From the NCBI GenBank assembly GCA_012295275.1, contig CM022666.1:6820001-6884000 (forward strand): 64,000 nucleotides of DNA, written 5' to 3'. Both the position numbers and the translations under genes were made by a program. This DNA is from Chrysomallon squamiferum (taxonomy: Eukaryota > Animalia > Mollusca). Of this stretch, positions 1 to 18,279 are shown piece by piece (the first letter of the stretch is position 1; each line of letters starts with the position of its first letter). The notes beneath the pieces are model-generated. The model was not told the DNA's origin and did no database searches. It was given only the letters and a program-made list of their open reading frames with translations.

Positions 1-533
1 GGCCGCTCCGGTATGGCACCAGTGTAATCGCTGTGGCATCAGCAATTGCAGGAATTGCTGTGAATGCTCACTATCGACGCAAATTCGACTTGAGACACAT
101 CGGCCGCATGAAGACGTATCTCTCCGCGGTTGCTTTTCCTGTTCTCTTCAGCAGCTTGGCTCACGAACTTTTAGTGAAAAAAGAAATCATCGTCGGAAAA
201 CTGGAATGTCCTCTGTGCGCGCAGACCCGATCTGGTTCCTTGCAGGCACTGCTGGGAGGCCTGTATCCCATGGCAATAGCTCCGATATCGTGCATCATTC
301 TTGCAAGAAAATACTACACTTTTCCTGTTCCAAATATGACCGAGGGTCAAGAGGTGATAAAAATGTTGCACAAGACGTCACCCGTACGCTGGGGAATTTT
401 CGTGTTGGTTGCAGGACAGTTTTGTCTTGGTATGTACATTGCTAACAAGGAAGCAATGACATTTTATAAATACTTGTGCAATGAGTCTGTGGACTCTTGG
501 GAACATCGTGAAATGGACCGTGAAGGATTTTAA
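1..533 (+). CDS. TMEM126: Transmembrane protein 126 (TMEM126A/B family, mitochondrial inner membrane / complex I assembly), terminal coding exon; 5' partial
   Basis: Frame is open from nt 3 ([28 protein letters not shown]...) to TAA at 531-533. It has the family pattern N..YRR...L...GR..TYL..V.FP, the CPLCAQTR CxxC motif, and LYPMAIAP...[17 protein letters not shown] signals follow at about 687 and 769. The GTG 'start' at 33 is not the real start. Confidence 0.88.
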   Translation, partial: PLRYGTSVIAVASAIAGIAVNAHYRRKFDLRHIGRMKTYLSAVAFPVLFSSLAHELLVKKEIIVGKLECPLCAQTRSGSLQALLGGLYPMAIAPISCIILARKYYTFPVPNMTEGQEVIKMLHKTSPVRWGIFVLVAGQFCLGMYIANKEAMTFYKYLCNESVDSWEHREMDREGF

Positions 534-543
534 AAGATGCAAA

Positions 544-574
<31 letters not shown>

Positions 575-2815
575 TATTTTTGTTTAGAGATTAAAGGCAT
601 TTTGTTGTCTTTGTTAAAAATTGTCTGCGTGGTTTAGTGTGTGATTTCCAGTTTTTTAAACCAGTCAGTTGTTTTGTCTGTTGGTGAATAAATCTATTCT
701 GGGATGAATGAAACCACCTGAAGATTTATGAAAGAATGAAATTTATTTACTTGTGGATGAAATTTTGTAATAAAGATTCGAGGATAAATGACACTGATGA
801 GTTTAAGAAACTTTGTTGTAAAAGGAATATATTTTTAAAGATTGAGGGGAAAACTATCTGATTTCATCTTTTAAAAGTGTTAATATTTTTACTAATATCA
901 TTTAAATCAAATTGTGAATTTGAAAGAGGATAGTGAGAAATTTATAAAGGCAAAAAACTAGAAAATGTATCTAAAGACTAATAGTAATAAATATAGTCAT
1001 TAAAATGTGGAGTCTTTGCAAGTATAGTAACATTAATGTTTAAATTTTTCTTTATACACTTTTGATACACATCTTAGAAGGTTTTACAAGAATTGTTTAT
1101 TAAATGCTGCTGATATTAATATTAAAATTTATTTGAATATTTTCATCCATTGTGTGATATTTATTAAATTTATTTATAATAAAATGATTTATAAAGGCCT
1201 CAGTTTAAAACTGTTTTTAATCAACAATTAATATTAAAGATAATTTCATTTGTCTTTACAGAGGTTGTCAAATTCCATGACATTTATAATAATAAGATTT
1301 ATTAAATGATGCATTTAAAATAGAAATGTTACACTGACTGGCAAAAAAGCAAGAAGACTAACATTTACCAAATAAGTCAAGTATAATTGATATTTAGAAA
1401 TATGAGGATAGATGTGTGAATGATATAAACTAATCTGTATCTCTGGAAAGTTGAAATGTTTATTAAAATTGTTGTCTGATCTGATTTTAAAATCTTTGTG
1501 TTTTTTATTTCTAGAGCTAGAATTTTATATGAATAATGAGAAAGAAAGAAAACTGGCTTCCAACATACTTTTATACTGTTATTATCCTTAATTATTTGAA
1601 AAGACTGGTTGCTATATACAAATTAAACAATAACGAATTTAAAAAAGTTGTATGTGTTAAATGAATGACATATGAACATTTGTTTTTAATTTTAAAAATA
1701 TTCTGATAAAAATAAATACAGATTATAATTAAAGATTACATTTGTTTTACTTTCTATATTATATTAAGGGAAATATTTATTAGTTTCATAATCCATCACA
1801 TCTGTAACAAATATTTTCCAAAATGTAATAACAGAAAGTATTAAAATATTTGATTTATATCATTTTTTTAAATAGCCTATTTTAAATAAAAAATTTAATT
1901 AAAAGATAAATTGGTATAATATGAATTTAATTATAGAAAAATATTTTCCATATACTTACATGAACATTTGTTTAAAAAATAATAATAATATCTATCATTA
2001 TCTGTACTTATTAATTTTTATTTAAAATTTATTTACTTAAAATTACTAAAAATTAATATATTATTTCAAAGATTCCAACAGTTATATAATTAAAACCTTA
2101 ATAATTTTTCTGATATAATAAATAAATAAATAAATAAAGGAAAGAAGGAAGGAAGAACACATTGCATAACTTCAATAAGAACGCTTTCTGAAACTGTACA
2201 GTTTATCAAGGGAAGTAATTCATGCTATGTTTACGTATTTGTTTCGAAGTTATTCCTCTTTTAAATAATTTTTGTTCTTCTTTCCACTTCTTCCTCTTGT
2301 AAATTAAAATATTCCATCACTGAAATTCGCCAGAAACTACTGAAGTTTCAAGAGAAGTAATTCGTTCTGTATTTATGAACTCATTTCATTTCGAGTCTTT
2401 TCTCTTTAGAAATAATTTTAACTAGAACTGTCGACGATTTCAAGTGCAGATAATTCTGTCCTATCAAACGTATGTCATCGTTAGATTCTTGAATAAACTG
2501 GCACGCTATGAAAGTTAAATCCTGTTAATGTCACACAGCTTTTGAAATAAATCGGGTTCTATCTTTTAATATTTCTGTGGCAATTTAAGAACAACAAAAA
2601 AAAAAAAAAAAAAAAAGAAGGTTAATAATTATTATTTATTTATTAGTTTACCTATATCAGAAAGGGAATTTACCTACTGTCTGTCGAAGTTGCCAACCAA
2701 GTTAAAAGGATTTAATTGTAATATAAAATAATGGTGTCGATTTAAACGTTTAATAAGCAACAAATTAACAAAAGCTGCATTACAAAATATGGGAGGGTTT
2801 TTTTTTTTTTAAACT

Positions 2816-2886
<71 letters not shown>

Positions 2887-3340
2887 GTATTATATATATA
2901 TATATATATATATACAGTTGTGTCGCCAAGGACCATTCAGAACAATGGAAAGAAAATTGAAATCCATTCATGTTAATCTGAATGATAGTTCTCGAGATTA
3001 TCAGCGTATGTTACTATAACATAGAAAATTTATTACAGTTTACTTTGTACTTTTCGGACTTCACTTAAACACTTGCATTCATAAAGTATTTACCTGTACA
3101 ATCAGTTATTTACTTAAGTATTTTTCATTAAAAGAACCATAACTCTGAGTGCAATAACTTTTAAACAGCACCTGTGTAAACAATTCACTTTTTGTAGGAG
3201 AACCCAGTTCAATTTTTTTATTTTTCTGTTTTTTTATTTTTTTTTTTTTAAGTTTTTATGGTTGTTGTCGTTGTTTGTTTTTGTGTTGTTATTATTATTA
3301 TGTCTTCTTTAATATTATGTTTTTTGTGTCATCATCTTAT

Positions 3341-3395
<55 letters not shown>

Positions 3396-4108
3396 TTTAT
3401 TATTTTATTTTTATTTTTATTATTATTTAATACATGCACTTTACAGGACACTTAAATATTTTAAAAGTTTTGATGAAAATATCTGAAAAAAGTAATTTTT
3501 TTTATTATCCTGTTATCGGAAACACCCTATCAACTCACCACACGGTCATAAATACACATAATCATAATAATAATAATAATAATAATCACAATAATCATAA
3601 TAATCATAATAATCATAATCATAATCACAATTATCATCGTCATCATCATCATAATAATGACATTATTAAATATCTCGATAGACCTCTCAAAAAGCATGAT
3701 GATTATCACCCCTATTCCGTCAAGAACAAGACATCATTTTATATATATATATATATATTATATAATATCATTGCAACATTTCTGTTTTAAATGCATCAGT
3801 TAATAAACCATATTATTATTAATGTCATGGAATTTGACAACTTCAGTAAAGACAAAAATGAAATTATCTTTAATATTAATTGTTGATCAAAACTAGTTTT
3901 AAACTGAGGACTTTATAAAATCATTTTATTATAAAGAAAAGATAATAATAACAACAACAACAATAGTAATAATAACAACGATTAAATAATATTTGTAATC
4001 ACACATTTTATTGTCCATAAAATACACATTTATAAAGACTGGCACTTTGAATATCACAATTTTCCGTAAGTACATTCGTACAAATAAGGTTCATTTTCAT
4101 TATTAACG

Positions 4109-4145
<37 letters not shown>

Positions 4146-4664
4146 TTTCAAAAATGAATATTAGATTCTTTCAAATAGTCAGTTTAAAACTGAAATATAA
4201 ATTAATAACTTTCACTTTCTTTCCTTTTTTTAACATTTATTCCTCGCATTTTTTTTTTTTATTTTTTATAACAAATCAAAATAGCATACGTCTGTTTATT
4301 ATGTGTAACTGACATAAAAACCAAATAAACTGAAAAGAATATTTAAATCTGTTTATAAAATGCTGTAAATATATATATATATATATATATAATTTTTTAA
4401 AAATAAAATAAAATAATTAAAAATATAAAATAAAATAAAATAATACAAAAAAAAAAATCAAAATAAAATAAAATAAAATCAAACGAAAAACAATAACATT
4501 GAGTGGTTAGTCATAAACAGTTTAGTTGAAATAATAATTATTTCATTACCGGCAAGTAATCCATTTCTGCTACGTTAAAAAAAAAATGACGGCGAAGTAA
4601 GAACTGTTTCACTGGAAAACAGATTGAACAGTTTAGTTTGTGAACTTTTACTTATTATTTTATT

Positions 4665-7509
<2,845 letters not shown>

Positions 7510-7572
7510 CTGAAAAAATACGTAAATAAATAATTATATATATGTACGCAAACACACACACACACACAGAGA

Positions 7573-7633
<61 letters not shown>

Positions 7634-9734
7634 TTATTTACATTACTAGTACTCAAACACAATGATTACTGTGACTACTACTTCTACTGTAACTATACTG
7701 TTAGTACTCATTGCTACTACTACTTCTGCTGCTACTGATGCAAACATTACCAATTCTGCTACTGCCTTCCCTACTGCTGTTGATATTACTTTTGCTATAA
7801 CACTACAACGTCTACTACTACCACCACTACTTTTCGTTTACAACTATTGTCACTGCTATTGCTGCTACTACGGTTACTACTAGTACATATTCAAACGTTA
7901 TTTGCTGTTTGAAGAAAGATAATACAGATATATTTGAAAGTTATTACATTCTCTCAGCTGGTTTCCAAAAAAATAAATTCACAAACTAAGCATTCTTTAT
8001 CTTGTATTAATGTTAACGTTTCATTAAAATAATACAGAAACATATACACTAGAGTAGAAACCTACTGTCGTCATTACAAGGGCTACTATCATGGATTAGC
8101 AGCAAGTAAAACTGCTATGGAAAGATACACACTCGTGTACTCATCCAAGCATAAACATACGCACACACTCAGACAGTCAAACACCTGCACTGACATAAAT
8201 ACTCACACATACACACGTGCATGTATTAAAGGGTGCATACTGACACACACACGTGACACAATATACACGTGCAGTTCGCAAAGATGCGAATAACGAGAAA
8301 TCAGACGTGAAAAGAGCTCGTATTGCATGTTTTCGGAAGTCGGTTCCATTAACTCTGCAATCCGCCGCGAACAACCGTAACGATTTATTTTTTCCCACTG
8401 ACCAACAAGACACGACTGCACAGACGCATTAATACATTTCCAACTGCGACACAATCAATGAAAACCAATCTGAAAGGTTCATTATGTTCACTGTTACTTT
8501 GTCTCTGGTTTATGTTATTGCTTTTTTTTCATTGCCGCGCGGAATAAAGAGAACTTGTTCTGACAATCAGCGTTTATGTTGTGAGAACGGGAAAATCTAT
8601 ACGTAACAATAGTCTCGATCACAAAGGTTACGCGTTATGGTTAGAACCGCCGGCCGGATTTCCGGCTGACTGATCTGCAACATGTAATGGCGTTCTGGGA
8701 CCAGACGCTTTTAGATTGGAGAGAATGAGCAGGAAAGAAAGAAGAAAGAAAGGAATTATTGTTACCTTAAAAGAAAAGAAAGAAAGGTTACTGTAATAGA
8801 GGCATAGTGAAAGTAGTAGTAGTACAAGTAGTAGTTGTTATTGTTCCAGCAAGAACTGGTATAGCTGTAGTAGTACAAGTAGTGGTTGTTAATGTTCCAG
8901 CAAGAACTGGTATAGCTGTAGTAATAGTAGTAGTAGTAGTAGTAGTCGTAATAGTAGTAGTAGTTGTGATCGTAGTTGTAGCGATAGCTGTAGTAGAGCA
9001 GTAGTAACACTAGTGGGATTAGTAGTAGTAGCAGTCGTAGTAGTAGTAGTAATAATAGTAGTAGTAGAAGTGGTAGTGGTAGTAGTAAGTAAATATTGTT
9101 ATGATTCCTATAATAGTAAGTTTAGGAATTATTATAAAGAAAAAGAAGGATGTAGAACATTGGTAAGACTTTTGCAAGAATTCAGTTTGAGCACAGCATA
9201 CATTTTAAAATAAAATAACAATATTAAATTAATAAACAAACAAAAATAAATAAATAAATAAATAAAATAGTATATTTAGAGATTTCAGAAATATATGGAG
9301 ATGAATAAGAGGGAGAAGAAGAAACAGGAAGAAAGATAACGAGGAAACGAAAACAAGAAAAACAAGAAGAAAAAAAAAAAAACTGGAAAAATAGGAAAAT
9401 GAAGAAAACATAAAGACAAAATAAAAGTGAATGATAATAATAAAAAAAGAAATTTATAGATAGTATAACAATAAGATTAAGATAACTGAACAACAAAAAA
9501 AATCAATAATGTTTTTTTTTTTTTTTTTTAATCTAATAGATGAGGCACTGAAGCAAAAAACCCGAAAACAATTTTAAAAAGAAAAAGAAAAAAAAGAAAG
9601 AAAGAAAGAAAGAACAAAAAACAAAACAAAAGAAAACAGAAAAATACAAAACAAGAAAGAAGTCACGCAGCCACAAAACGTAGAAAGAAATAAAACATGA
9701 AACATGATTCACCTCTTAGTCACCAGCAAAAACA

Positions 9735-9882
9735 CTGAAAACAAATAAAGTCACGAGAAAAACAGATACAAGAAACCCCACTAAAACAAGACACTTTAAA
9801 GTTTGAAAACAAATAAAGTCAACGACAAAAACAGATACAAGAAAAACCCACTAAAACAAGACACTTTAAAGTTTGAAAACAA
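9735..9882. repeat. ~70-bp tandem duplication
   Basis: gaaaacaaataaagtca...aaaaacagatacaagaaa...ccactaaaacaagacactttaaagtttg occurs twice. Confidence 0.85.
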
Positions 9883-10177
9883 AATACCTGATAGTTGTCA
9901 GTGACTAATTTGTTTTTGTCAGTTACTGTCAAACACGCATAGCCCAGGTACAACAACGTACCCTGGCACCATCAGATCTGTGGAAAGGGGTTGGGTGGGG
10001 TTATATTTGTCAAATGCAAACCGTATACAAATATTTGTGGGGGTGGTGTGTGTATGCATGTGTATGCACTGTTTGCTCTTTTGGAGGTGCGGTACTATAA
10101 TTTTTATTTATTTGTTTGTTTTAGTTGTTGTTGTTATATTACTACTACTACTACGACTACTACGACTACTACTACTA

Positions 10178-10247
<70 letters not shown>

Positions 10248-10826
10248 AATGCACCTTCTCCCCACACTGTGGGATTTGTCTTTAAAAATACCCACTCATG
10301 CTTTTAACTCCCCATTACAAGTATTTAGTACAAACACGTTTTAAAAATTCATTGTGACGTCACTAGGAGTGAAAAATACAAATTTAGAACATGTTGTAAC
10401 TTGCTTGAACACCAGTAAATAAAATAACACCAAGGAAAGAAATAAATTATAATCAAGGTAAAGGTAAGTATTTAAATTAAAAAAAATAAGTATTTCTGAA
10501 AGTCAGCTAGGATGAGCTGGCTACATTTTGAAAATAATAAAATATTTTATAAATAGTGAAGTAAGTAAGAATATAGATTAAAATATGTCAATAATAACTA
10601 AAATAAAATAAATAACATGACCGAAAAATAAATAAAAAAATAAATAAATAAATTAATTAATTATTAATTTTAGTAACATTAAACTGTGGTTTTATTTGAT
10701 TTGATTTTATTGTTTTTTAACACGTATTTTATTTCATTTCATTTCAATTTATTTATATTTTTGTTATTATTTTATTTTTAATTTAATTTGTTACTTGTAT
10801 ATTTATCGTAATTTTATTGTTATTTA

Positions 10827-10871
<45 letters not shown>

Positions 10872-11344
10872 CTTTATGACAAATTAATTAAATAATAAAG
10901 GTCGTATATGGCATAATGAGAGTATCCCCATCATTTCAAAACTGGACCCGCTCCTGAATTTCTTTAAAACAATAAAATAAAATATAATAAAATAAAATAA
11001 AATAAAATAAAAAAAAAAATAATACATAAATAGATAAAATAAAATTTTAAAAATTAAAAGAAACATTTATACATTTAAACATTTTTGTGTCGATATGCAA
11101 TAAAGCTTAAATTTCACCATGAAATTTATTTTTTCATTTATTTGAAGCCGACTTTTATTTTTTTTAATTTATTTTTTTATAAAATTTATTATTTTATGTC
11201 TCCGCTTCAAAACTATTACGAAAGACAGGGAAAAATGAAAATGTATATTCACATGTTGACGAAGTAGATTTAATCTTCAAGCTGAAATTGGAATTTTGAA
11301 TAATATATTCAAATCTTTTTTATTAATTATTTACTCTTTATTTA

Positions 11345-11378
<34 letters not shown>

Positions 11379-11676
11379 ATTATTATTATTTTTTTTTTTT
11401 TTTTTTTTTTTTTCCTTTCAATTCAGACTTGTTTTATTGTAGTTTATGTTTTTTGTTCTTGATTTTTCGGTTTCGTTTACATCATAAAATACCGTTAAAA
11501 TTTTTATATAAAAAAAAACACAACAACAACAACATTTTAACACATTTTATTTTGAAAAATATTTTATTGAACACAAACTTCTAAGAGAGTATTTTCAATT
11601 TCCGAAACAGACTTTACATTTTAAAACTTTATTATTATTGTTTGTTGTTGTTGTTGTTGTTTTTATTATTTTTTTA

Positions 11677-11717
<41 letters not shown>

Positions 11718-12044
11718 CTAGGAATTTCAGTTTACTGAATAAAACACCACTTTCTTTATTTCTCATAAATTATTTATTTATGGTGTCCTTTAAACCACCT
11801 TTGTCCGAATTTCGAGTCAGTTTCAAGGTGTATCTGACCACTCCCAGAAACGAGTATTAAATACCAGAAAACAACCCTCTTGAGAATTTGCCGTTTACGT
11901 GATCAGCAGATGAATGTGGATATTCACAACATTCACAAATCAATAAACGAATCAGGGTCGGGACAGTTTGAGATGAGAGTGTGCGTGCAGCACTAATCAA
12001 TCAGTCAACAACATGACACGTGATCACTACTGTTTGAGTGTTAC

Positions 12045-12572
12045 TTCTAGTAGTTTTTACTACCACTACTACGTCTGATACTACTACTTTTACTATTACT
12101 ACTATTTCTACTACTACTACCACTACAACCACTATTACGTCTGATACAACTACTTCTACTATTGCTACTATTTCTACTACTACTACTTTTACTACTACTA
12201 CTATTACTACCACTACTACGTCTGATACTACTACTTCTACAATTACTACTATATCTACTGCTACTACTACTACTACAACCACTATTACGTCTGATACAAC
12301 TACTTCTACTATTGCTACTATTTCTACTACTACTACTTTTACTACTATACTATTACAACCACTACTACGTCTGATACATCTACTTCTACTATTGCTACTA
12401 TTTCTACTACTACTACTTTTACTACAACTACTACTATTACTACTTCTACTACTACTCTTTTACCATTTCTACTACTATAACTTTACTATTACTACTATTT
12501 CTGCTACGACTACTATTTCTACTAACTACTATTACAACAACAACTACTACAACATCTTCTGCTACTACTATG
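12045..12572. repeat. (ACT)n-derived compound repeat with higher-order units marked by ACGTCTGATAC
   Basis: ACT triplets punctuated by acgtctgatac five times. Confidence 0.85.
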
Positions 12573-12950
12573 AGTAATGAGAGATGCAGGCATGCCGCAG
12601 TTCATGTGGATTTTTAAGCTGTCAAAAACACCCCCTAGGTTCTACCACTTAAACTGAAGATTAAAACCACAAAATTTATTCCAAAAATGTCCGCACCTTG
12701 AGATTCTTCAGGTAAACTGGCGGAAAACATTTGATATTTTTAATCCCGGAAATCTGAAGATGCCAGCCGATTTATGTAAATACAAAGCAAATTTTAGAAT
12801 ATTACATTTCATGACGAAAGTGAGCCACTGTGACCACTTTCCAAAAAAGGCACATAAAGTTTAGACCAATCATCTCAAGAGCAATCAGGAGTTTTAATTT
12901 TATTTATTTATTTAATTATTTATTTATTATTTGTAGTAGTTGTAGTAGTT

Positions 12951-13001
<51 letters not shown>

Positions 13002-13071
13002 TTTTATTTATTTAACTGGCTGTTTATTTTTATATTATTATTATTATTGTTATTATTATTATTATTATTAT

Positions 13072-13118
<47 letters not shown>

Positions 13119-13744
13119 AACATTTTATTTATTTATTTAACTGGTTATTTATATTCATATTATTTTTAATAGTAGTAGTAGTAGCACTGTTTTTTTTATA
13201 ATTTTTAGCTTCAAAATTTTTAAGAAAGCATTTAAAATGCCAGCATTAATGGATATGTATGTAATTAACTGTAGTTTTGATAAACAAAAGCACCGTCAGC
13301 TGACCCAGTTTCGTAAAACTAATCGTGACCATTCGGATCATCTCGGCCGAATACGCAGACAAATCCGAACCTTCCCGAATGCCGTCTTAGCTTCTATCAT
13401 CTGCTTCTCGCTGATTTTTTTTTTTTTTTTTTTTATTGTTTTTTATCTTTGAACTGATTTGTTTGATTGGTTGGTTAAAACATGTTCGACAACGAAGAGA
13501 TTCAATATCATACATGTTGGTATATTTGCATAAGTGACTCTTCGGGGCATTTGTTTAAATCTTACTCCAAAAGTAAATAAACAAATACACGCTTTCTTTC
13601 ACTTAAAAGCTGAAATATGAATATTTTTTGTTTGGGCTACAAAAAAACAAACAAATCTGAGCTACTGACGCTTTTTCAAAATTTAGTGGCCATAATTTGT
13701 TTTGGAGGGGGGGCGGGGCGGACGAACTTCGAGCACTACGTATA

Positions 13745-14045
13745 GACCGGACAGATGTGAATAAATTACAAGTGAAAGATCTAGCAAACGTCGACGAATT
13801 ACAACTAAAAGAATATATAGCAGACGTGAACGAAAAACAATACGTAGATAGATCTAGAAAACGGGGACAAATTACAACTCATTGATCTACAGGACGTGAA
13901 CGAATTACAACTCAACGATGTAGCAGACGTGAACTAAAAACAATATATTAGATCCAGCAGCAAATGGAAACAACTCATAGATCTAACAGACGTAAAGGAA
14001 TTACAACAGAAAAAGCCGGTGTACGTGGACGAATGCCAACACACA
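13745..14045. repeat. Degenerate 33-bp tandem repeat, about 9 copies (consensus GATCTAGCAGACGTGAACGAATTACAACTCAAA)
   Basis: Units recur every ~33 nt; every third unit has AAAAACAATA in place of GAATTACAAC. Confidence 0.8.
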
Positions 14046-14671
14046 GACAACGGTACAAAGGAATGCAGACATACAAATCATGATGAGTTAAAAAATAACA
14101 AATAAATGTATTAAGTAACAGACAATGAAAATAAAGACAGAGATTGTCGCTCTGTGAACGTAACTTTTGTCCGGGGTTAAACGAATGAGAAGATTAGACG
14201 TCAAACGCAATTCACCTGACATAGTAGTGTCAATGGTGATTTTCTGCACACCACTGTTACACCAGGCTAAGGTTTACCGCAAGGGTACAATCGAAACACT
14301 CGAAACCCCATTGAAATAGTCTTGTTATTCCGATTACAGTAACAGGACCATTCAAGTACCAGAGCCAACCTTCCTGAACCGTTAACTACATGCATAGTAA
14401 AAAAAATAAAAAAAATAAATACAAGTATTGGTTCAGTATTCAGAGTTTATTTATGTTGGTCAGAATTGTTGACCCATTGCTCTCTGGGGTGCCCGGTTTA
14501 TAAAAGAATAATACTTTCGTAAATGGTGTCCATTTATTAACAATAGATCTGGGGTAACGCTTTTAGTCATAAATGAAAACGAGTGTTGTATTAGGTTCTA
14601 AAGGAGATTAGGCTAATAGAATATGTATAATTATGTCTTTATAAAACACAAAGCATATTTCTACATAGTTA

Positions 14672-14675
<4 letters not shown>

Positions 14676-14761
<86 letters not shown>

Positions 14762-14827
14762 ACACACACAGAGAGAGGCACACAGAGAGAGAGAGAGAGA
14801 GAGAGGCACAGAGAAAGAGAGAGAGAG

Positions 14828-14870
<43 letters not shown>

Positions 14871-14899
14871 CAGAGAGAGACACACAGAGAGAGAGAAAT

Positions 14900-14968
<69 letters not shown>
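14676..14968. repeat. (GA)n compound microsatellite
   Basis: Direct reading. Confidence 0.95.
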
Positions 14969-14972
<4 letters not shown>

Positions 14973-15271
14973 CCAACGATTTTTCTGTGTTAATATTTAC
15001 TGTTGTATTTTATTTTACTCTTTACATAAAATATAAAATTACTGACGAATCTAATCTTCCAGTTTATTCACGCATTTTAACACCACTGATATAATGTGCT
15101 CTTTCTTCTGTTCTAAAATGACAATAAATAAATGGTGTAATCCAGCTTACGCGTGTGTCTCTGGTATTATGTGTGTCTGTTGTATCTAAGTGTATTTGTG
15201 AATACAGCAAACATAAACCTGTCTTTATACTTGTAAAGCTGACACTGACCTGTATGCTGTGTGTATGTGGT

Positions 15272-15371
<100 letters not shown>

Positions 15372-16040
15372 ATGAATTCATATATATATATATTTTAACA
15401 TTTGTCAGTTTTTATAATTTATTTATTTGCTATTTTTCCTTTATTTTCCTTTAGATTTTATTTTATTGCTTATATTTCTTTTCTTTCTTTGTTATAAAAT
15501 TTGCTTTCCTTTTTAATTTTATTTATTTATTTAATTATTTATTTATTTACTTATTTATTTATTTTTATTATTTATTATTTATGTATATAGTTATCCACCA
15601 ATTTCTATACTTACCTATTTATTTACTTATTTTGATTTATTCGTGATTTATTTTAATTTATTTTTAATTTTCTCTCTCTCTCTCTCTTCTTTCTACAAAC
15701 TGTCAGCTTGTGTTGTGTTCTGACATTTTATCTCTTTAATCGGCTGGCAGATTATAAAGAACAATGAACCGATCCACGACCAGCTGTCTGTGTATGCCAC
15801 AGAGTCAAAGGTATAAAATGTAATCATTCTCCCTGTAAAACCAGCTCGTCGAAGATATACAATGTGTGCGTGCGAATGTTATTTTTGGAAATTAATGCTA
15901 CTAGATCTACTAGTTGCGGTATGACAAACAGGTATGTAGACAGACAGACAGACCGACAGACATACGCAAAAATGTACGTACACAAGCGCACCGTCACACA
16001 CACACACACACACACAGAATAAGATATGATAGTGTTACGC

Positions 16041-16375
<335 letters not shown>

Positions 16376-18279
16376 AACTATTATGTCTTCCAGACGCCCT
16401 CCGTAGACTACAAATAATTACATTAACTAACCTCTTCGCATAATACGTATTATATTTCACGATGACCAGGTACATTACGTAATTATAGTCGGCTTAACGA
16501 TAAAGACCTACTGATTCATTAATCTTTTTATATTTTTTAAAATCTGATTTTGTAAATCGATGATAGACCACCAGTGACCAGAATGACCACCAATAACCAC
16601 TGTTGATTATGAGACAGTTACGCTCCAGGCTCAAATCATGGCACTTGAACTAGTTAATGCTTGTTTTGATATATCCCAGATAGCACTGCACCACCGCCAT
16701 TTTAGCGAACGGTATAATTCATAATTCTTCAAATTCATACCACAAAAATTAATTAAAATAATAATTTTCCAGTTAATAAAAATATTTGTATATGATGATG
16801 TTTACTGACTGAATATTAAAAAATAATAATATAAAATAAAAAAAAATAAAAAAAAAAATTAAAATTAAAATTATAATATGATGTGCATTCTCGACCTGTG
16901 TCGCGTACTTGTAAATCAGAGGGCGTGACGTCACTCGATGCAAAATTATATTACAAGGGTGTTCTTTCCAGCTAATCTTCAAACATACTAACAACATCTT
17001 CAACGAAAACCCCGAGAGCGTGATGCCAGTTCTAACAGTGTCTTTATCTGAAAACACTCTTATCAGTTTTAATTATTAACACTGAGATTTGACGATTCTG
17101 AGTCGTCTTTTCAATACATTAACAGTAATCTTTTATTAATAAACACTTGTTTCTCAGTTCAAACTAACCTTCTAACATACTAACAATAGCTTCAACTGAA
17201 AACCTAGATTTGTTTTAATTTTAAATTTTTTCTGTTTTTTTTTAATTTCTTATTTGTTTTTTATTTTTGTTCTTTTTCTTTATTTGTTTATTAATTATTT
17301 TTTTTTAAACTAACCTTCTAACATACTAACAGTAATATTGTGTTCAAATCTTGGCATATGCAAACGTCAAACAACTGTTTGAACAAAACTGAAATACAAA
17401 AACAAAAGTTCCAGGATTTAACGATTCTTTGTCCTAGTCAGTTTAGGTACAAACAATTATATATACCTAAGAATGCACAATGCATAAGATTCATGAATGC
17501 ATAAGTTCTTAATCCAAAAAAAAGAATTAATTGCCAGACAGAACTAGATGATAGTTAAATGTTTTCAGTGCAATAACCATTTCATGGAACAACTTTCTGT
17601 GAAGTCGTTAGCCCCCAGTGAAAGCTTCAGGGGGTCGGAGGCGGCAGTGAACGGTTAATTGCCCTGCCCAAATAAAGATTAGCTTAATCCGGGATTATAC
17701 TTAAGTGGCTTTAAAATTATTTTAAAAAAAAAAAAAAATAATAATAATAATAAAAAATTCGTTAATATGAGTCAGGCAGATAAAATAACACTCAAGAAAA
17801 GAGTGGACTTAGTGAGACGAAGTTACCAATGCTAAATACACTTTGCTGTTTGACAGAAATAAATTTGTGTAGTGGATTAAATTTGTTTAATAAAGCAGAA
17901 CAAAAAACGAGTCGGATTAATGACATCAAGTGCAGACATTTTATATAATTTGTTTTTGCTTTTGTTTGTTGGTTTTACTGACTGTGTATCTGTCTGACAG
18001 TGTGTGTGTGTGTGTGGGGGGGGGGTTTGGTGTTCGCGCGCGAGTGAGAGAGACAGAGAGAAACAGAGAGAGACTGAAATAAATAAATAGTCTGATCAAA
18101 TTACGTCTGAAAATTCAGAATGATTGAGTATCGCAATTCATGACTTCGCAAAAGTTATTACAAATTCCTGGCTGAAATTTCTTCTCAACAATTATTATAA
18201 TTGATGTGGACATTTTTGAAGTATTAATACTTTTATGAACTGAAAATAAAAATATACTTTTACGATAAGTTATTTAATA

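Noticed and set aside
13335-13412. Minus-strand peptide GKVRICLRIRPR resembling the kinesin motor N-terminal motif
   Set aside because: Followed immediately by a stop, no usable acceptor, and no further kinesin exons; chance match.
15751-15810. Possible 60-nt plus-strand exon (ggcag|...AAG|gtataa; IIKNNEPIHDQLSVYATESK)
   Set aside because: No recognisable homology and no partner exons found; cannot be supported without RNA data.
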